Counted from the stretch's first letter, positions 39,506 to 52,151 are shown. The stretch: 64,000 nt of DNA from Octopus sinensis (GCF_006345805.1 NC_043003.1:92566001-92630000); one strand, 5' to 3'. Made by a program: numbers and translations. The notes: generated by a model from the sequence alone, not told the origin.

Positions 39506-39631
39506 TGGTTCGGCGATGAGAAAATCCCCATCATCAGTAACTCTTGTGGTCGTATAATCATATTCTGCTTCAATATATTCATCTGTGTATTTGACATTGG
39601 GGGATTTAACTTTCAAAGGCTTGGCAGACAT
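39506..39631 (-). CDS. ISYNA1: Inositol-3-phosphate synthase, coding exon 1 (MSAKPLKVKSPNVKYTDEYIEAEYDYTTTRVTDDGDFLIAEP)
   Basis: ATG at 39631-39629. The peptide matches the MIPS N-terminus (V-SP-V-Y---IEA-Y-Y-TT-V). It ends at donor CCA|GTACGT, phase 0, 126 nt. Confidence 0.93.
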
Positions 39632-39792
39632 GGTGCGATAATGTTTGACGTTTTTACCGACTGACAAACACCACAACACGATGGGTATAATATATATAGA
39701 AAGAGAGATAGGTAGAATGAAAAACTCTGCGCAAAGCAGTTACTTGTGATTCCGCTGTTGCTGAATCTGCTGCCGGTTTGCTTCAGCAGCAA

Positions 39793-39801
39793 ATTTATAT
39801 A
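39793..39801 (-). promoter_or_regulatory. Putative TATA box of ISYNA1
   Basis: TATATAAAT on the minus strand ~160 nt upstream of the ATG. A possible short 5'UTR exon ends at 39744 (CAA|GTAACT), with an acceptor at 39661 (tttgtcag). Inferred from sequence only. Confidence 0.4.
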
Positions 39802-40687
39802 CTGATCAGTGCTTGCTATTTTGTTATTGATTTGCTTATTTCTTTTATTTATAATACTCTATCACATAGGTAGAATGGAATTTTGGGAAAGAATTTTCCA
39901 GATGTTCCTTTCAGATATCAGTATAGAAGAAAAATTTTTTAATTTGTAAAAGAGGGAAGAGAAAATGTTTTCAGTGGCGTGTCTATTAATTATGCTGACA
40001 ATCCTTCCCTTCCAGTATTTTTCCTCGACTTTATCAGAAGTACTTATTTAGTGTCGTTATATTTATTTAATTGTTTTATTTATTTATTTATTTAATCATG
40101 TATCTACTTATTTATCTATTTATTTATCCATTGTTTATTGTTTTTTTTCTCTCTTACTTCCTGTCGTGGTATTTTAATTTACTTCCACCCTGATTAAAAA
40201 GGGTTTGACTGAGAGACCGAAATAAAGTAAAGCCTCTCTGCAAGTTCGCTTCTGCTTGCTAGAAATAACAGCCAAATCTCCTTGAAATCTTACCATGTTT
40301 TCTTTTAAAAGAAAATAATGTATTACATTACAAGAATATATTACATAATACAATCCTCTGTACCGACATCAAGACGGCATGGTCACTGCTAGAATATTTT
40401 TTAATACAGTTGCCTGCGATATGAATAAGCGATTTGGCTGCTATTTCTAACAGAGGAAATGACAGACTCGTCGATTTCAGTTGCTAATGCGTGACAGGAA
40501 GTGATGCTTTTGTTTGACACGTTGCTTAGAGGATTATTTCTTTTTTACATTGCTTCTATATTTTAGACACGTTAGAGCAAATGTTGTACATATGAAAATG
40601 AAGTGTAGTTTTTATATTAACACAAAATGAATAACAAATATGAAGATCTTTTAAAACATTTAATGGGCGGAATATACTAAATGAAAC

Positions 40688-41020
40688 GGTACTACTAGCG
40701 AACAGTGGTCCCGGTGCGCACACGCGCTGGTGCGCACACGCGCTGTTCCGCACCCGTGCTAGCTAGTTGTAAGTAGTCGATCCTAAAATGACTACCTAGC
40801 AAAGTAAATATAACACAAAATAAATAATTTTTTTACAAAAAGTAAATAATTTTTGTTAAACAAAGTGAATAAAACACAAAAAACACAAAGTAAATAATTT
40901 TTAAAACAAAATAAATAACACAAAAAACACAAAGTAAGGATCGACTAGTCATGACTAGCTGGTGTGGATGCGCGAGTACGCGAGAGCGCGCACCGGGACC
41001 ACTTGTTCTCAAGTAGTACC
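40688..41020. mobile_element. MITE with GGTACTACT...AGTAGTACC termini and an 8-bp TSD (possibly Merlin-like)
   Basis: TSD AATGAAAC at 40680-40687 and 41021-41028. Imperfect inverted arms of ~100 bp surround an A-rich core. Confidence 0.8.
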
Positions 41021-41194
41021 AATGAAACGAACTACACAAATCGTAAATTATTGTTACGCGCATCCAGATCAGAGCTGAGGTGAAATAATTTTACTTGTTT
41101 CACTCAAGGCTTTAGTCGAACAAATAGACTTCAGAACTTATTTTATAAGTAAGTCTTTTTTGCCGAACTCCTTAGTTACGGTGACGTAAACCAA

Positions 41195-41412
41195 TACCTA
41201 TTTCTTTACTCCCCATAAGGGGCCAAACACAGAGAAGACAAACAAGGACAGACAAACGGATTAACTCGATTATATCGACCCCAGTGTGTAACTGGTACTT
41301 ATTTAATCGACCCCGAAAGGATGAAAGGCAAAGTCGACTTCGGCGGAATTTGAACTCAGAACGTAACGGCAGACGAAATACGGCTACGCATTTCGCTCGG
41401 TGTGCTAACGTT
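41195..41412 (-). mobile_element. SINE family B copy
   Basis: Near-identical reverse complement of 51918-52151. Confidence 0.85.
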
Positions 41413-41866
41413 TCTGCCAGCTCGTACAGTTGTACAGTGGTGGTGGTGGTGATGGTCATCGTAGTCGTCCTTGTCGTGGTTGTGGTGGCAACAGCTGGGG
41501 CTGGAACTAACTGAAAGACATACACATAAGCTACTAATCCAACCAGTATATAAGAAACAATACAAACGCCAAATGTATTTAATTATTGAAAATAAAAATG
41601 AAAATCTGGACGCATCGGATAGGGATTTAGAAACTTTATTGTTACAAACCAACAGTTGGAAGCTAGTAAGAATATATGAAAACCATGAAGTAAATTGAAA
41701 CATTGTCGTGCATTAAATGAAATTTGCATGAATGAAAACATGTTCCCCATAAATATATATAATTGATAATTGAGTAAGTAACCAACCAGATGGTGGATTT
41801 GGTATTAATCTTTATTTGGTACAACGGTCGTTTCGACCCATCCTGCTACTCCTTGTCCTGCTACTT

Positions 41867-41899
<33 letters not shown>

Positions 41900-42300
41900 G
41901 TTAATCCAAACAAGAAAGCACAAAAAAACACAACAACGCGAGGACGTGGAACAAATATAGTATTATTGGACGCTCAGGAAAGAAGGAGGGTTTAACGTTT
42001 CGAGCGGAGCTCTTCGTCGGAAACATAGGAGAAGGGAAGACAGAGGGAAAAAAATCGCCAACGGTACACACGCGGTCACATACTTTGTGTATGGTAGATG
42101 AGTTCAGCAAAAATTTAGATTCTGATGAATATGGTACTTAAGTTGAGGCACCGGAATTTAGTACGGTATTATCCATCCGAATAAGCAACAAGGATATCCA
42201 GAGGTAATGCAGTACGATCGTTTCATGCCACTCCATTTAATTGAACAGTGCAATCATTACATCAATTTAAAATGCAGAGCAATCTTCAGTTGCACAAAAA
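41900..42300 (-). mobile_element. Penelope-like terminal remnants with hammerhead-like motifs
   Basis: Minus strand GTTT-CCGACGA-A-GAGC TCC GCTC-GAAACGT-T-AAAC at 42024-41990. A second CTGAAGA...GAAACGATCGTA motif lies at 42294-42208. Abuts (TA)n. Confidence 0.55.
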
Positions 42301-43310
42301 TATAGAATTTAATTAAATTAGAACAGATGGACACATTAGTATAATTATATCTAAAATCTCCAAGTAGTTAAGAAGATAGACAAAGAACATGCTGTCTCAC
42401 TCCAGTTTAGAAGTTACTGAATTTTCCAAAAAGATAGACATTATTACAGACTGTGCCTGTCACTAATTTTTTGTTTTTATGGGGTCAGTTTTAATTTATA
42501 GACTAGTTTATCAAATCCCTTGTATATCTAAGGCTAAGAGAACAGAGGGCAGTATCTGTTAGGGGTAGGGCTGAGGGAGTAGACAGACATCATAGTTGGT
42601 ATAGTCATAAAAATCAAGATTTAGTAGAAGCAATATCATGAGGTTTGGTAAAGGAAAACTTAAAACAAGATGTTAGCTGATAATTAAGAAGGTCGCCCAC
42701 TAGCAGACCATTAATAATGAAACAGGGTTTACTAGTTATATTTTTCAAGAGCAAGACCCAAATTTTGAACGAAGTGCAAAAGTTTCTATTATCTTAACAA
42801 GTGTTTCTGTGTGTTATCGAGAAATCTATAGGGAGCGAAAAAAAAAAAAGCTTCTTCTAAGCAAACAACTCTAGGTTTATTTTTTAAAAAGAAATCTACA
42901 AGTCTGTTTACAAGTGCTCGTGAATCGGCTATCGCATCTACAAAGTGATGGTGTGTTCGAGTCTTGTGAGAGTGAAAGTAATTTAGAAAACGATTATAAT
43001 ATTTTTTTTTATGAATGATCTTGTCATTCTTTTTATTTTACATAAAATATTCTTTTCATTCCACTATTGTTTTATTGCTATTCATTTATGAGTATTATAA
43101 ATTTTTATACTCTTTTGCTCGTTTCAGTCATTTGACTGCGGCTAAGCTAGATTTAAAGGGTGTTTTTTTTTAATTTTGTTTTTTAGGAAGTTGATTTGTT
43201 GTGGCCGATCAGAAAATGGGATTCTCTTGTGAACGACAAATGAGGGCTCAGTAAAATAAAGCATTTATCATGACCAGTAGGACTCAGTTTGTTTGAGTGT
43301 TTGTGGATCA

Positions 43311-43660
43311 TCTCTCTATATATAAACGGCAAAATGTCTGTGTGTGTGTCCTTTATACAAATCCACAATTTTTCAGTTAGAGAGCTCGCACTTTCTATGG
43401 TCATTCAAAACCGTCCAAAGGTGGTCGTGCACATCTTTACATTTCCCCAGTCACCCCGCAAAGCCATTAAAAAGTCACAAAAGTGACTTTTTTGTAAATT
43501 TTCTATCCATAACCCAATCAAAATGCCCGAAACTTGATACGCCAATTCAATGCCAGCTAGCTGTATATGATTGGTCGGAGATTTGGACAGTACTCACGTG
43601 TATGTGCGCACGCACGCAGCTGTATATGCATGCACTAGCACTATCACCCGGCAACGCTAG
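43311..43660 (+). mobile_element. Non-autonomous Helitron-like element
   Basis: A|TCTCTCTATATATAAA 5' end and CCCGGCAACGCTAG|T 3' end. Confidence 0.7.
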
Positions 43661-43953
43661 TATATATATATATATATAACATTAATGTGAGCACATATTC
43701 TTAAAAAATTGGTACGACTCTCTGTTTGTCTCTCTCTCTCTCACTTTTACTTGATCTGTCCCCTTCTCTCTCTTTTCTCTCTACTCATCCTCTTTTTCTC
43801 TTCTCTTTCCTCTGATTCTTTGGTCTACTCTTCCCCTACCCTTCCATTTCTTTGTCTCGCTTTGCACTCACAGGTCAATCTTCGACACCCATCCCTTCTC
43901 CTCTCTGATTCCTTCTTTCTCTCTCTTCTCTCCCCTTGTTGCGTTTGTCCCTC

Positions 43954-43984
<31 letters not shown>

Positions 43985-44519
43985 TCCTTCCTTTGCTTCT
44001 CTTTCTTTTCTTTTCTCTCTTCTCTGTCACGTGACCGCTGGCCGAAATCTGCCTCTCAGCTTCCCACCAGCGACGTGTTAACATCGTTGTTTTTCGTCCG
44101 CCGCCAAGGCATCGCCGATAAGGCTCCTTTCCAAAATGCGCCAGAGAAAATTTGTTTGCTTGTTATCAGTCGTAAGACACTTGTTGTTTTCACCGTTAAT
44201 GCTTCTGTATTTCATGTTTCTGTATTCCATTATTGTTTTTTGCCTTTTATATTCGTCCCTTTTGCTGTCCCGGTGTTCGTATGCATTCGATCCTTCTTCC
44301 AGGAAATCTACGCTCCCAGCTTAGTTTTTCTAATGCTCGTTGCTTAGTTTTTCTTGGAGGGCTGGCCGTGATCTAGTAATCTCAAGATTAATCAGCCGAA
44401 ATTACTACGATGATCCGGTTCTTGACTGAAGACTGAGGGTTTCGAATGTCCTGTCCGTGTTTATTGTATCGTCTTCTAAGAGTTATACGTTCTTGTCCAT
44501 GTTGTATTTTTCTACATAC

Positions 44520-44588
<69 letters not shown>

Positions 44589-45851
44589 GTATATATCTCT
44601 TATTATAAAAGGCAGATTTTATCTGCCTTCTTTTGTCTCTTATAGAAATCTACAATATAGGATTTCTTCAATTACAATTTACCTAGCATTTTTAAGAGTA
44701 GAATGCATCGGGTCGTGCCAGGTCCAGTTTTTAAAATTTCAACCCCAATTAAGCAAAATTTAGAGAAAACTCACATTGTGGTGTGTAAGTGAAGTGCTTT
44801 TCTTAGTGTGGGCTACAGCACACACACACGCACACACACACACACAAAAACGGAGCGATCTGCTTCACTCACGCTATCACCCTAATTTCTCCTCCTTTTT
44901 CTTTGCAAGTGTGCAACGATTAAAATGAAAGTATTTATATAAAACGGATCACTCATGCTATCACCCTAATTTCTCCCACTTTCTCTTTGCAAGTGTACCT
45001 TAAACCACTACTAAAAAAAACAACACAGCAAACAGAAACAAATAAATACATAACGATTTACTCCTCACACAATTTCTTCAATTACAGTTTACCTATGATT
45101 TTTACAAGTACTTCCATTCGGTCATGCCATACAAAATTTCTTTCAATTTCACCCCCAATTAAGACAAAATTCGAGAAAACTCAATATTTTAACATTTCAC
45201 TCCGAAAGCATTGATGTACATGTGTGCGTGCGTGAGTGTGTGTGTGTGTGTTTGATGGGATGTGCGACACAGAAAGTGTGGTGTGTAAGTGAAGTGCTTT
45301 TGTTAGTGTGTGTAAAGAGACAGAAAGAGTACACATACCTACGTACACCTAAAGCACGCACACACACACACACAAGCGGAGCGCGAACTTCAAAAGAAAT
45401 TCGCGCGCTATCTATCTGGTTTGCCATTCCTCACACACACGCATACACATACATATATGACAGTGACAAACACAAACGTTTCAAACAACTACATACAAAC
45501 ACTCAAACACACACACACGTGTGTGTTTGTTATTAGTAAAAAAAGGCGCCAAACACAACTCACTTCTCATTCGAACACATTTGCAAAAACACACCGACGG
45601 TCGGATTGCCATAACAATACAGAAAAGGTAAATTGGTTTTTAATTTACTTTCTGTCGTTAAATTTTGGTAGTATTAATTGGCGAGCGTACTTCTGTTGTC
45701 AATTGTTGACAGAAAGAAATTGTAAGCTAATAAGGTGTGTGTGTGTGTGTGTAGGAAGTGAAGGATAAAAATATTGCAAGAAGTGGACTATATACATCCA
45801 TACATACATGTGTGTGTGTGTCTATGTATGTGTATTAATGTGTGTGTGTTA

Positions 45852-46209
45852 TCTCTATATAAAGCTGAAGTTGTCTGTGTGCGCCACGTTTGGTAACCTC
45901 CAACTAGCACTATCTCCTCCGAGACCCTGCGGCGCAAGTTGACCAAAATTGAGAGTATGATAGAAGAAGGGTTGCTCTTCCTTCCGTAGAACATAAAATT
46001 CAAATCGGACCATGTTAACACCAAAAATTATTTACATCAAAAAGCTACTTTTTTCTATGAAAATCCCTATTTTTTACGATTTTTTCACTGCTGTGTCGCC
46101 ACTTTTCGGTGTATTTCGACCATAAAAATGTTCACAAAATTTTTACTTTTCAAAATTACAATTCCAGCGGGTCGAAACAAACCCGAGCAACGCCGGGCGA
46201 TACTGCTAG
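45852..46209 (+). mobile_element. Non-autonomous Helitron-like element
   Basis: A|TCTCTATATAAAGCTGAAG 5' end and CCCGAGCAACGCCGGGCGATACTGCTAG|T 3' end. Confidence 0.8.
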
Positions 46210-46679
46210 TATATACATAAGACTACCCATGACCAGTTGGATCACCAGGAAAGTATGAGTTTCCCAGCATCGGATTTTTGTTTCGTGGCTTTTTTCCAGG
46301 TTATTTCACATGCTTTCTACGAACGTGACATCGGAATCACGCGTAAACGCCTCCTTTCCCAAGAAAAGAAAAGATTTGGTTGCTATTTCTTGCATGCCCT
46401 ACTACCACGTAATATATATTTCGGATCCTTTATCGCAAATAGCTGTTAAGTGGTTGTAGAGCGTGCTAGAAATAGCAGCCAAATCTTTGGCAATGAGATA
46501 CGTTGAATGCACTGGAAAAAAAATAGAAAAAAATTATTTCACACCGAATTTACAAAATATAAATATTTTGTATTTTCAAAGACATTTTCACATTAAAATA
46601 TTTTTTAGATATGCTAAAAATATTTTGGTAATAGCATTCACTGGAAAATAATTTAGAAAAACATTAAAATATTGTCTGT

Positions 46680-48660
46680 TTATAATAATGAAATTATTGT
46701 ATACAGTGCTCAGGTGCACCACAACTTGTCAAAAACTGCGTATAAAGTATATGCAGTAATGTACAAATGTCTGGAAAGCGAACAGTGTATGAGCCAGATA
46801 CATGCTCGCGTGTGTATGGAGGGGAGAAAATCAGGTGTAGTGTTGACGAATCTCAGGAAGCATGGAAGTTTTGAAGGATGCAGTGCTCCGACAACTAACA
46901 ACTGATGCCGGCAGTCTGTTCCATGCTTCAGCAACTCTTAGCGTGAAAAAATGTTTCCGAAAGTCATGGGAGCTGTGCTGTTTTCTGACTTTGTAAACAT
47001 GTCCACGGGTGTTAGACAGGTGGAGTTTGAAAAGGTGCTCAGAGTTATTGTTTGTAAGATGGTTAATAATTTTATGGGTGTCTGCCAAGTCAGCTGCCAG
47101 ACGTCGGAGTTTCAATGTGTCCATGCCCAGGGAAGTAAGGCGTTCAGAATATGGCAGATGCCTGATGGAGAGTATTCTCTTGGTTGCACGTCGCTGAACG
47201 GCTTCCAGACGATTAATATCCTGGGCAAGATAGGGGTTCCAGACCGGTGATACAAATTCCAGGTGAGGTTGTACCATAGCTATATAAAGCCGCAGATAGA
47301 TAGCCGGAGAGCGGCTCACAAAGGACTTGGTGAGTGATGCTAAGACACCCTCAGCCTTCTTGGCAATTTTAGCGATGTGTTTTGTCCAACGCAAATTGCT
47401 GTCGACAATAACGCCCAGGTCACGTTCACACGAAGACTTTTTGAGATTAGTGTTGTGGAGGGAGTATGTAGACGCTGGGTTTTTCCTCCCAAAATGCATG
47501 ATGGTACATTTGTCCACAGCCAGCTTGAGTTGCCAGTCCATGATCCACTGCTGCATTGTGTCCAAGTCTGCTTGCAATAGAGATCTATAGTGTACAGGAT
47601 CTGACCTCTTTATTTCGAGGTACAGCTTGATGTCATCTGCATATTTCAGCACTGTGGCATTCTTTAAGTTGGCATCTATATCATTAACATATGCAACAAA
47701 TAAAAGGGGGCCAAGAACAGATCCCTGTGGTACACCAGATGTCATCTCATAGGGTGAAGAGTGTTGTCCTAGAACTGTGACAACCTCTTTTCGGCCGATA
47801 ATAAAGGACTTCAACCAGTTATAGAGATCGTCTCTTACACCCAACGCAGGGAGTTTCACCGTAAGTCTTTTGTGTGGCACAGAATTAAAAGCCTTAGCAA
47901 AGTCCAGGTAAACAACATCCGCGATCAGTGATTTGAATAATGCCCTCAAGAAAGTCAATGAGTTGATTACAGCAGCTGGAATTAGGAATAAGACCAAATT
48001 GTGACGGCTGGATGAGGCTGTGAGACTTCCAGAAGTTCTAGAGGGTTTCCCTGACACAGGATCCATCAGTTTGGCGATGCAGCTAGTAAGATAGTTGACA
48101 GGCGATGTGCGGTCACCTTTTTTGAACAGAGAGATAAGACTGGCAGTTTTCCACTGCTCTGGAGTAACACCATTGTCAAGACAGAATTGGAAGAATAGTG
48201 AAAGTTGGTTTAGAACAAAGTACCCACCGCGTTTGAGAAGTAGGTATGTAACACCATCGAAACCAGGAGAGGCATAGTTGCGTTTATTCTTAAGGTGGCG
48301 TTGTAGCATTGCTGGTGTAAATTTCATAGTAGATACAGAGTCCGGTGTCAGAGGTGATTGAGATGGAACATTTTGATCTTCGACAGTAAAGATGCCTGTA
48401 TAGCATCCAGCAATGATTTCTGCACATTCTTTGGGATTGCCAGTAATCTGCCCTGTGTGGGGATTGCGAAGGGGACCAACTGGAGAATGAGGTCTCTGCT
48501 TTGAGTGTACATACTTCCAGAACACAATGCTGTCAGGGTTGGTTGCTATGCGTTGTTCGAATTCAAGCACTGCCTTTTTTGTCACCTGCTTGAGGTGGTT
48601 GGCTGACCTATTGCGCTTTTTCCTGTTGATCTCTACTACTAATGCTTAACGCAGGATAGG
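46680..48660 (-). mobile_element. 5'-truncated CR1/L2-group LINE (RT domain and 3'UTR)
   Basis: ORF 46831-48585 contains VYLDFAKAF-SVPH, SGVPQGSVLGPLLF, KYADD-KL, ERDLGV-VD and RGH...FFT-RV---WN-LP. Confidence 0.92.
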
Positions 48661-48861
48661 CTTTGCTGGTCACTTCTAATGTGCTGAACAAGAGGTCATA
48701 AAAAAAAAAACAGTTCAGCTACACTGATGTGATTGGCTGAGATACACAACATAATATTGAGGATTTATGAAAGCTGATGGCTGACGGATTTCTAGTGGAG
48801 TATTGAGACGCATCTCGGTCACAGCCACTTGAAGAACACACACGCACACATACACACACAC

Positions 48862-48898
<37 letters not shown>

Positions 48899-49226
48899 GT
48901 CTTTCTTTTTATTGTTTTCAAACCCTTTCTATAACACACTACATAAATGCGGAAGGAGAAAGCTGTACCATGCAATGTGCTCGATAAATAATTGATAGGA
49001 GAGTGAGAAACAGTCAATAGTCACTTAGCGATTAAGAGAGCAGACAATGAAATATAGGGAGGAATTAAAGAACGGGTTAGAGAGGAAGAGATAACCTGAT
49101 TAATTAATTAAGAGACTGGAAGGTAGAAAAAGAAAAAGAGATCTAAAAATAGAGAAGAGAAAATAGGATGACGCAATTAAGTAAAACAGGTACAGAGATT
49201 GTGCTAATGATAGAATGATAAAGAAA

Positions 49227-49273
<47 letters not shown>

Positions 49274-49363
49274 GTGTATGGTATTAAAGTATGTTCACAG
49301 GGCGGGGAAGGCATTAGGGACTAAAGGAAAAGGGGGAAGGCAGATTTTAATTTTTTTCTACAG

Positions 49364-49669
49364 CAGTGGTTCTCAACTGGGGGTCCAATATGGCATCCGA
49401 AGGTCCATATAAGATTTTATGGGGTCCATACAACAAAATAGTAAATTGGTGGCTTTGCAATAGTATTTTAAGGGCCCCTAAAAAATATTTGCTTTAGCTG
49501 TATGTATTGCAAGAAACAGCCACGTTTCTTTCTCTAATGTTTTACATAGTTCAACCTTTACAAGTTGTTGTGTGGAAAACAAAATGGGAATTTTGAAAGA
49601 AGCATCTATAAAACTAGTTTTGAAACATTGAATGGCTATGGGGGTCCACCAGAATATTGAGAGCCCCTT
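49364..49669. mobile_element. hAT/Charlie-like MITE
   Basis: 5' CAGTGGTTCTCAAC TIR and a degenerate TTGAGAGCCCCT right end. Confidence 0.5.
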
Positions 49670-49925
49670 CGATCATGGCTGACCGTGGGATTGCACCTAG
49701 AAAGTTACCCTTCCAGGCACAAGTCCGGGCAAGGTTGTTTATGGAAGACCAGCAGTCGCCCATGCATACCGGTCTCCCCTCTCCACGCCACCAGGGAAAG
49801 GCACCAGCGGATACAGCTTGGCACCTGTGACGTCGCAACTCATTTCTACAGCTGAGTGAACTGGAGCAACGCGAAATAAAGTGTCTTGACACAACACGCA
49901 GCCCGGTCCGGGATTCGAACTCATA
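49670..49925 (-). mobile_element. tRNA-derived SINE (partial)
   Basis: B-box-like GTTCGAATCCC on the minus strand near 49910-49920. The 3' part is homologous to 35925-36092. Confidence 0.7.
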
Positions 49926-49955
49926 CTACAGAAAAAAATAGGCAAAAAAATTTAA

Positions 49956-50348
49956 TCTTTATATATAAAAGTGAGGTTGTGTGCTGTCTGTCTCCTACGA
50001 TTTAGATTCCTAACTACTCCCACATTTTGCGGTGCAGTTTAACTAAAACCGGGTATCTTATAGTCGTGATTCATATCGAGCCCTTCTGGGTATTAGCGCG
50101 GGTCTACGATGAGTCTACGATTTAAAAAAAAATTTACCATCAATTTTTCCCATTTTAATGCATTTTTGGCATATATAAGGGAAGTAACTCTCTAAAATTT
50201 ATTAAATCTCAGAACGTAAAAAGCTACAGTAACCCCCCCCCCCTTTGTGGTTAACCATATTGAGATGGCTATTATACTATACATCTCTAAAAATGCTTAT
50301 ATAGTTATTTCCCTTACAAACCCGAGCAACGCCGGGCGATACTGCTAG
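49956..50348 (+). mobile_element. Non-autonomous Helitron-like element
   Basis: A|TC...CTAG|T termini with the CCCGAGCAACGCCGGG hairpin. A longer relative of 11840-12138. Confidence 0.8.
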
Positions 50349-50904
50349 TTTTTTATAAAAAATAATCTAGACTAATGATAATAAATATTAGAACTCTTTG
50401 TATCGATTTGTGTTCTCTTTTATCTTTTGTTGTGTATGCGCCAACGAAATAAGTTTAGTTCATATATGAGTAGCGTCCCTTTAATATCAAGCGAAAATTG
50501 ATAAAAATTTGAGAATTTAAATTAAATATCTTTTTTTCTAATAGATAAAATTTTACGAAACCTTTACCAATATATTCGTTTAACATTTCTCTTTCATAGT
50601 AATATCAATATGATAGTTTTTTTTTAAGCAAAATTAAAAGAATGGTGTGGATTCAAAGTGTCGATGTCGGGCTTTACTACCCGTCAGTCAACCAGTTTGG
50701 CCTATACATTTTTCCCTAACTTTTGTATTACACCAGATTTTAAGTATTTTATGTCTAAATGTCATATATCAGTAGTCAAACATAATTCAAACTACTAAAC
50801 TTGATTTCGCTTAAAACTGAATTAGTGAGACTGCTTGGAAGACGCCGACGGCAACAAAAAGCTACGTTAAGAATATTATTCAACTTCTACCGTAGTTGAA
50901 TGAT

Positions 50905-51120
50905 ATGTGTGTGTGTCTTTGAGCATGTGCTCTTCCCCCAACAACTGCTTGACAACCGGTGCTGGTGTGTTTAAGTCCCCGTAACTTAGCGGTTCGGCAA
51001 AAGAGACTGATAGAATAAGTACTAGGCTTACAAACAATAAATCCTGGGGTCGATTTGCTCGACTAAAGGCGGTGCTCCAGCATGGCCGCAGTCAAATGAC
51101 TGAAACAAGTAAAAGAGAAA
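50905..51120 (+). mobile_element. SINE family A, 3' half
   Basis: Near-identical to 7490-7680. Confidence 0.8.
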
Positions 51121-51917
51121 GAGTATATATACAGCGAGCGAGAGAGAGAGGGGGGGATTTTTTTGATTGGCTGCAAATTTTCAACTCTTCAATTCCTGCT
51201 CAAATTGATTTCATATTCGGTGTAATGATGTGGTTTTATATGCTAATTACTGTTTTGAAATTCATCTTCGTAATAAAATTTGGGACAATTTTAGCCAATC
51301 GTAGGCCATAGACACCTTCATGCCTGTTTCCATTGTCACAAGATATTAACACAAAATATTCCTATTAATATTAGAGGGGTTATATATTAAACTATCTTTA
51401 AAGCTACTATTGGGAAAGGTATTGTTGTAGTAAGGGGCTGCCTTCCCGAAAGAGTTTTAGAGGAAAAGCGGTTAGAAACTCAGTCACTGATGTTAATTAT
51501 CAGATTTTTAAATGCTGCAGATGGGATGACAAGACTGTTTATGTATATAGGAAAGTCTCTTGTTGGGCCTACGATAAGGTTTATAAAAAGAGGAGTTCAG
51601 GTCTAGGGACACATCTAAAAACATCAACGCCAACACCATTGTCAAAGTCACAAAGACACACGCACGCACACACACACGAACACATGCACACACACACACA
51701 CCACACACACACACACCACACACACACACACAAATTATTAAGATGGCAAGTTGCAATTTAGGACCAAAAGGCATAGTCACTAAAGTGACTAAAGGCGCAG
51801 CTCAGCACCATCACTGCTAGAAATAAAAGTAAAAACAGCTCTTAGCCACGGACAAAGCGCTATCTATTGACCACCCTACAGCGAGAATGTCAGATCATCG
51901 ATGATTTCGGATAGAAT

Positions 51918-52151
51918 GAAGGCGGCGAGCTGGCAGAAACGTTAGCACGCCGGGCGAAATGTTTAGCAGTAATTCGTCTGCCATTACGTTCTGAGTTCAA
52001 ATTCCGCCGAGGTCGACGTTGCCTTTCATCCTTTCGGGGTCGATAAATTAAGTACCAGTTACGCACTGGGGTCGATGTAATCGACATAATCCGTCTGTCT
52101 GTCTTTGTTTGTCTCCTCTGTGTTTAGCCCCTTGTGGGTAGTAAAGAAATA
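51918..52151 (+). mobile_element. SINE family B, full length with a 15-bp TSD
   Basis: GGCGGCGAGCTGGCAGAAACGTTAG head and GAGTTCAAATTCC B box. TSD GATTTCGGATAGAAT at 51903-51917 and 52152-52166. Confidence 0.9.

Noticed and set aside
43709-44347. 212-aa Leu/Ser/Phe-rich ORF
   Set aside because: It derives from a CT-rich low-complexity tract and has no recognisable domain.
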